A stretch of 64,000 bases of DNA from contig JANRIE010000059.1 of NCBI GenBank assembly GCA_033765285.1, forward strand, positions 79,692 through 143,691. The letters run 5' to 3'. The notes under the pieces were generated by a model, which was not told where the DNA came from, made no database searches, and saw nothing but the letters and a program-made list of their open reading frames with translations. Positions 59,283 through 64,000 of this stretch are shown here, in pieces (within the stretch, counting starts at the first letter, position 1; each line of letters begins with the position of its first letter). A program made the position numbers and the translations under genes. The DNA comes from Hyphomicrobiaceae bacterium (lineage in GTDB: Bacteria > Pseudomonadota > Alphaproteobacteria > Rhizobiales > Hyphomicrobiaceae).

Positions 59283-60281
59283 TCAGCGCCGCAGACGGTC
59301 CGCCAGCCGCCCCTGGTGCGGGCTTGCCGGTAGCCGTCGCGGAGACTGTGGTGGTGGCGCTGAACCGGGCGGCGTCACTGCAACGGGCAGCGCCTCGATC
59401 GTCTCGGCTGTGAGAATGCGCGTCAGCCGGGCTTTGAGTTCGGCCTTTGCAGGGGCGGCGGCCTCGAGCACCTTGTCCAGCCGGTGGAACTCCATCACGT
59501 GGAAGCGGCCGACGTCGATGTCGATCAGGATGTCCGGTCGGCGGGTCTTCAGCTTCTCCTCGACGATCGAGCGTTGCAGGATGTGCAGGGAGGAGACGAT
59601 GGCTTCCAGGGCGCGCGGCGGGGAGCGATCGTCGGGCAAGCGGCCGGCACCCGAGACGTTGATGGCAACCGTGATGTCGGCGGATCCCTCGATCAGGTCG
59701 AACGGCAAGGGATTGACGAGGCCGCCGTCGAGAAGGGCACGCTCGTCGATCTCGACGGCCTGAAACAAGGCGGGCAGCGCCATGCTGGCGGCCACCGCTC
59801 GCATCAAGGGTCCGTGCTCGATAACGACCTGGCCTTGCGTGAAAAAGTCCGCCGCAACGACTTTCAGCGGGATGGCGAGACCGGCGAAATCAGGTGCGAT
59901 GCGTGGTGGCATCACAAGATCGAGCAGAGCCTCGGGGTTCATCAGCGCGGAGCGCAATTGCAGGACGTTGAGCATTCGCCCCCAGGGCTCCTGCCGGGCC
60001 GAGAAGAACTGCCGCAGGATGTCGAACCGGCTCTTGAGCACCTCCTCGGCATGCGCGCGGATCTGGGCCGCCGTATAGCCTGATGCATACGCAGCTCCGA
60101 AGATTGCCCCGATCGAGGTGCCCGCGACGACGTGTGGTCGCAAACCCAGTTCGTCGAAGGCCTCGAGCATCAGGATGTGGGCAAGCCCCCTCGCGCCGCC
60201 GCCACCGAGTGCAAGCCCGATGCGCGGCTGGCGAGCCGGCAGGTTGGCGAAGACGGCCGGGGCTGTTTGTGGTGTCGTCAT
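59283..60281 (-). CDS. patatin-like phospholipase
   Basis: IGLALGGGGARGLAHILMLEAF...VAGTSIGAIFGAAYA (G-x-S-x-G) and a later DGGLVNPLP (the catalytic Asp of the Ser-Asp dyad). Confidence 0.88.
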   Translation of the reverse strand: MTTPQTAPAVFANLPARQPRIGLALGGGGARGLAHILMLEAFDELGLRPHVVAGTSIGAIFGAAYASGYTAAQIRAHAEEVLKSRFDILRQFFSARQEPWGRMLNVLQLRSALMNPEALLDLVMPPRIAPDFAGLAIPLKVVAADFFTQGQVVIEHGPLMRAVAASMALPALFQAVEIDERALLDGGLVNPLPFDLIEGSADITVAINVSGAGRLPDDRSPPRALEAIVSSLHILQRSIVEEKLKTRRPDILIDIDVGRFHVMEFHRLDKVLEAAAPAKAELKARLTRILTAETIEALPVAVTPPGSAPPPQSPRRLPASPHQGRLADRLRR

Positions 60282-60388
60282 CGTCGGGCGTCCTGGGCCA
60301 ATGCAGCATGCCTTCATCTGGCCCACAAGTGTGGAGCGATGAGGGCGTGCGGGGCAAGGTCTCTCGCGATGACCATGCGGTCCGCCGA

Positions 60389-61669
60389 TCAGCCGCGCGT
60401 CCGAGCGATGGCGCGCCAGCCGATATCGGTCCGGCAGAAGCCCTCAGGCCACTCGATCAACGATATGGCTTGATAGGCGCGGGCCTGGGCATCGGCGACC
60501 GTTGTGCCCAGAGCGCCGATGTTGAGAACGCGACCGCCGTTCGCTCGCAGCACACCGTCGCTGTCGAGACTCGTGCCGGCATGAAAGACGCTCACCCCAG
60601 GGACGGCGGCCGCAGCCCCCAGCCCTCTGATTTCACTGCCTTTCTCCGGGGTGCCCGGATAGCCGCGCGCGGCCATCACCACGGTCAGCGCGGCCTCATC
60701 GCGCCACTCCAGCGCCAGCCTGTTCAGGCGGCCGTCGACGGCGGCCAGGAGTGCTTCCAGCAGGTCCGATTTCAGGCGCAGCAGGAGCGCTTGGCATTCC
60801 GGATCACCGAAGCGGACATTGTATTCGATGAGCTGAGGGCCGGCCGCGGTGATCATGAGCCCGGCAAAAAGAACGCCCCGGAACGGCGTGCCGCGCCGGG
60901 CCATCTCGGCAACCGTCGGTCGGATGATTTCGGCCATGGTGCGTTCCACCATCTCCGGCGTCATGACGGGCGCTGGCGAATAGGCCCCCATGCCACCGGT
61001 ATTGGGTCCGGTGTCCCCGTCGCCGACCCGCTTGTGATCCTGGGCCGTGGCCAGCGGGACGGCGGTCTCCCCGTCGACGAGCGCAAAAAAGCTCGCCTCC
61101 TCGCCGTCCAGAAATTCCTCGATCACGACTTCGGCACCGGCCGCACCGAAGGCACCGGAAAAACAGGCGTGGATCGCGCGCAGAGCCTCTGCCGCGTTGG
61201 TCGCGATCGTCACGCCCTTGCCGGCGGCCAGCCCGTCCGCCTTGATGACGACGGGAAGTGTGTGCGTCTCCAGGTAGGTGCGCGCTTCGCGGGCCGTGGC
61301 GAAGCGGCCGTAGGAGCCGGTCGGGATGCCGGCGTCGCGGCACAGGTCCTTGGTGAAACCCTTCGATCCCTCGAGGCGCGCGGCGGCCTTGGTTGGCCCG
61401 AAAGCCTTGAACCCGGCGGCACCCAGATCATCGACGAGGCCGTCGACCAGGGGTTGCTCGGGCCCGATGACGACAAGACCGATCGTCTGCGCGCGGCAGA
61501 ACGACACGATGGCGGGGTGGTCGGTCGGATCGAGAGGCACGCACCGGGCGACTTCGGCGATGCCGGCATTGCCAGGGGCGCAGAACAGCTGGTCGCATCG
61601 CGCGCTGCGCGCCAATGCCACGGCGAGCGCATGCTCGCGGCCGCCACCGCCGATCAACAAGACGTTCAT
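60389..61669 (-). CDS. purD: phosphoribosylamine-glycine ligase
   Basis: [22 protein letters not shown]...[13 protein letters not shown]...[15 protein letters not shown] 61669 lies inside ORF 60389..61807. Confidence 0.95.
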   Translation of the reverse strand: MNVLLIGGGGREHALAVALARSARCDQLFCAPGNAGIAEVARCVPLDPTDHPAIVSFCRAQTIGLVVIGPEQPLVDGLVDDLGAAGFKAFGPTKAAARLEGSKGFTKDLCRDAGIPTGSYGRFATAREARTYLETHTLPVVIKADGLAAGKGVTIATNAAEALRAIHACFSGAFGAAGAEVVIEEFLDGEEASFFALVDGETAVPLATAQDHKRVGDGDTGPNTGGMGAYSPAPVMTPEMVERTMAEIIRPTVAEMARRGTPFRGVLFAGLMITAAGPQLIEYNVRFGDPECQALLLRLKSDLLEALLAAVDGRLNRLALEWRDEAALTVVMAARGYPGTPEKGSEIRGLGAAAAVPGVSVFHAGTSLDSDGVLRANGGRVLNIGALGTTVADAQARAYQAISLIEWPEGFCRTDIGWRAIARTRG

Positions 61670-61733
61670 GCTGTTGGGTCCTGGTTGCCTTGACGCGCCG
61701 GGAGATCCGGCCGGTGACCCGATGCTGGGCACG

Positions 61734-61781
61734 ACATGTGCTGCGCAGGACATGCGCTGCGCAGGACATGCGCTGTGCAGG
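61734..61781. repeat. three perfect-phase tandem copies of a 16-bp unit (ACATGYGCTGYGCAGG) in the purD/xseA divergent intergenic region
   Basis: ACATGTGCTGCGCAGG / ACATGCGCTGCGCAGG / ACATGCGCTGTGCAGG, then a partial ACAC. Two of the units contain the 8-bp palindrome CTGCGCAG. Confidence 0.9.
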
Positions 61782-61858
61782 ACACGGGGGTGCACTTGCC
61801 TTCGCATCGGCGAGTTCCTGTATCATCAGAGCGAGCGCAAACAAAGCAGGACCGATTC

Positions 61859-63469
61859 GTGGCCGAACCCTCCAGCGACCCCCGTAGTCTGCCCGGGAAT
61901 ATTCCCGAGTTGAGCGTCTCCGAGCTGTCGGGGGCCATCAAGCGCGCGCTCGAAGACGGCTTCGGGCTCGTGCGCGTGCGCGGCGAACTGGGCCGCATCA
62001 GCCGGCCGGGTTCGGGTCACGTCTACCTGGACCTGAAGGACGACAAGGCGGTCATCGCGGCCGTGATGTGGAAGGGCACGGCGGCGCGCTTGAGGGTCCA
62101 GCCCGAGCAGGGCATGGAGGTTGTCGCAACCGGGCGGCTCACGACCTTTCCGGGACAGAGCAAGTACCAGCTCGTGATCGAGGCGATGGAGCCGGCCGGC
62201 GTCGGCGCGCTGATGGCCCTTCTGGAGACGCGCAAGCGGCAGATGGCGGCAGAAGGGCTGTTCGATGACGCCCGCAAAAAGCCGCTGCCATTTCTGCCGG
62301 CGGTCGTCGGCATCGTGACGAGCCCGACCGGAGCCGTCATCCGCGACATGCTGCACGGGTTCGACGAGCGCTTTCCGACGCGGGTCGTCATATGGCCGGT
62401 CCGCGTGCAGGGCGAGAGCTGCGCCGCCGAGGTGGCCGCCGCAATCCGCGGCTTCAATGCGCTGCCCGCCGGCGGTCCGGTGCCGCGGCCAGACGTGATC
62501 ATCGTCGCCCGCGGCGGCGGTAGCCTCGAGGACCTTTGGGGGTTCAACGAGGATGTCGTCGTGCGTGCCTGCGCTGACAGCCGGTTGCCCCTCATTTCGG
62601 CCGTCGGACACGAGACGGACTGGACGCTGATCGATCTGGCGGCCGATGCCCGTGCGCCGACGCCGACGAAGGCTGCCGAATGGGCTGTTCCGAAGCGCTC
62701 CGACCTGATGCAGCGGACCAGCGACAACGGCAGCCGGCTGGCGACCGCCGTGCGGCGCAGTCTGGAGCAAGCCCGCACCGTATTGCGCGCCGCCATGCGG
62801 GGACTGCCGAGAGCCGACGCGCTTTTGGCTTTGCCGCGGCAGAGGCGCGATGCGGTCGAACGGCGGCTTCCGCTCGCGCTCGTCGCCAATACCGGCCTTC
62901 ACGAGCGGCGCTTCATCCGGGTCAGCGGCCGGTTGGTCCCGCGGCTCATTGTCCACCGGATCGGCTCGTGTCAGGATCGCATGGTCCGTGCGGACAGTCG
63001 GGCACGGACAGCGCTGCTGCGGTCCGCTTCGGTTCGCCGCGCCCTATGGGAGCGGCAGGCCTCACGCCTGAGGCCGCTGGCATTGGCACAACGGGTGGCG
63101 CGCGGGCGTGAGGTGCTGCTGGGCCTCAAAAACCGAGCCCGGCAGGCGATCGCGGCCCAGTTCGACGCGCGCCGCCTGGCGCTCGAGGCGCAGGGTAAGA
63201 TGCTGGGCAGCCTCAGTTATCAGGGCGTGCTGGATCGCGGCTTTGCGCTGGTGCGCGACGCACGAGGCCAAACCGTGCGCCGGGCGGCGGACCTCGATCC
63301 TGCCGATCTGATCGAGATCGAGTTGGGCGACGGGCGTGTCGGGGCCCGCGTCACAGGAAAATCCTCCGCAGGGGGGCGACCGGGCGATGTCCGGGAGCCG
63401 GCCAGCGACGGCGATGAGCGGCGCGCCTCGCGCGGCCGCCCCGCCCCGAAACAGGGCTCACTGTTCTGA
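61859..63469 (+). CDS. xseA: exodeoxyribonuclease VII large subunit
   Basis: From GTG 61859: ...LSVSELSGAIKRALEDGFGLVRVRGELGRISRPGSGHVYLDLKD...VVTSPTGAVIRDMLH...GGGSLEDLW... Confidence 0.9.
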   Translation: MAEPSSDPRSLPGNIPELSVSELSGAIKRALEDGFGLVRVRGELGRISRPGSGHVYLDLKDDKAVIAAVMWKGTAARLRVQPEQGMEVVATGRLTTFPGQSKYQLVIEAMEPAGVGALMALLETRKRQMAAEGLFDDARKKPLPFLPAVVGIVTSPTGAVIRDMLHGFDERFPTRVVIWPVRVQGESCAAEVAAAIRGFNALPAGGPVPRPDVIIVARGGGSLEDLWGFNEDVVVRACADSRLPLISAVGHETDWTLIDLAADARAPTPTKAAEWAVPKRSDLMQRTSDNGSRLATAVRRSLEQARTVLRAAMRGLPRADALLALPRQRRDAVERRLPLALVANTGLHERRFIRVSGRLVPRLIVHRIGSCQDRMVRADSRARTALLRSASVRRALWERQASRLRPLALAQRVARGREVLLGLKNRARQAIAAQFDARRLALEAQGKMLGSLSYQGVLDRGFALVRDARGQTVRRAADLDPADLIEIELGDGRVGARVTGKSSAGGRPGDVREPASDGDERRASRGRPAPKQGSLF

Positions 63470-63642
63470 TGCTCTGCACGCGGCATCCCTGTGCGCTGCA
63501 CGTCTTGACGAGTCCCCCGCCGACGCGCGATCTATTGGCATCCGCCATGCACCATGGACCACGCGACCCCGATCACTCGTCGGGTTCGACCGCGACAGCC
63601 ACTGCGGACCGGATGTGATCAGGATCGGGGACGACAACGCGA

Positions 63643-63870
63643 ATGAACCGCTTCGAAAAGTTTTTTGGCCTTTCGGGTGAGGCGAGCGTCAAATACCTCG
63701 ATGGAGAGTTTCAGGTCGTTGCCAACGGCGACTTCGTGCGGTGCGCGGTCACCGGGCGGCCGATCAAGCTGGCCGACCTGCGTTATTGGAATGTGGAGCG
63801 GCAGGAGGCCTACATTTCCGCTGAGGTGTCGTTGCAGCGGTATCTGGACTTCAAGCTCAAGGGGCGATGA
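63643..63870 (+). CDS. DUF2093-like small conserved alphaproteobacterial protein
   Basis: MNRFEKFFGLSGEASVKYLDGEFQVVANGDFVRCAVTGRPIKLADLRYWNVERQEAY. The family assignment is from memory. Confidence 0.6.
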   Translation: MNRFEKFFGLSGEASVKYLDGEFQVVANGDFVRCAVTGRPIKLADLRYWNVERQEAYISAEVSLQRYLDFKLKGR

Positions 63871-64000
63871 GCGGCTGAAGCAGGGCGGCGAGCCGGGCTT
63901 CGTCGCGCGGCGGCAAAACAAGCCGGATGGGAAGTACGGCGCTTTCCGCGCGTAGCTTTGCCAGCTCCGCCGTCTGGCCCAGCAGCCGGGCGTGATCCTT
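63857..64000 (-). CDS. 3' end of an unidentified minus-strand gene that continues beyond the window
   Basis: The reverse frame is open from base 64000 to TGA at 63857-63859: KDHARLLGQTAELAKLRAESAVLPIRLVLPPRDEARLAALLQPLIAP*. It is absent from the ORF track because no start codon lies in the window. It overlaps the DUF2093 gene by 14 nt. Confidence 0.4.
   Translation of the reverse strand, partial: KDHARLLGQTAELAKLRAESAVLPIRLVLPPRDEARLAALLQPLIAP

Overview
This is a high-GC (about 64%) chromosomal segment that looks like a methylotrophy-capable alphaproteobacterium (order Hyphomicrobiales-like). That call rests on GroEL/GroES with a CIRCE operator, btaAB, an NdvA-like exporter and archaeal-type C1-cofactor genes. 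The window is densely coding (about 70 CDS) and mostly core-like. I saw no rRNA, tRNA, CRISPR, transposase or integrase. From left to right the content is: a window-truncated Tae4-family amidase; crcB and a pseudouridine synthase; detox/redox genes (GSTs, MBL hydrolase, UDG, MarR-MAPEG, PaaI); ilvA; an orphan PhnN-like protein with a destroyed P-loop; a PedA1A2BC-like accessory cluster of the kind linked to PQQ-dependent catabolism (substrate-binding protein, beta-propeller, ABC ATPase, permease, plus extra periplasmic genes); and, divergent from it, a tightly coupled 10-gene operon joining a DUF3280-like protein and a NitT/TauT-type ABC importer to methanofuran/H4MPT biosynthesis genes (MfnB-like, FolB-like, amino-acid-kinase fold, AfpA/DmrB-like, DHPS-like, DUF447). 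After that come recQ, groESL, an OYE reductase, btaAB (betaine lipid), envelope glycosyltransferases, orphan ribA, a YfhO-like plus NdvA-like pair, glyA, nrdR, ribD-ribE-ribBX-ribH-nusB-thiL, two L,D-transpeptidases around tadA, patatin, purD and xseA. The most notable non-standard signals are the transporter-cofactor operon, the dehydrogenase-less Ped-like cluster with extra genes, a triplicated groEL-tail-plus-terminator module, the degenerate PhnN-like gene, a structured 440-bp leader before orphan ribA, and a 3 x 16-bp tandem repeat between purD and xseA. All family assignments come from reading motifs by eye and need HMM/BLAST confirmation.
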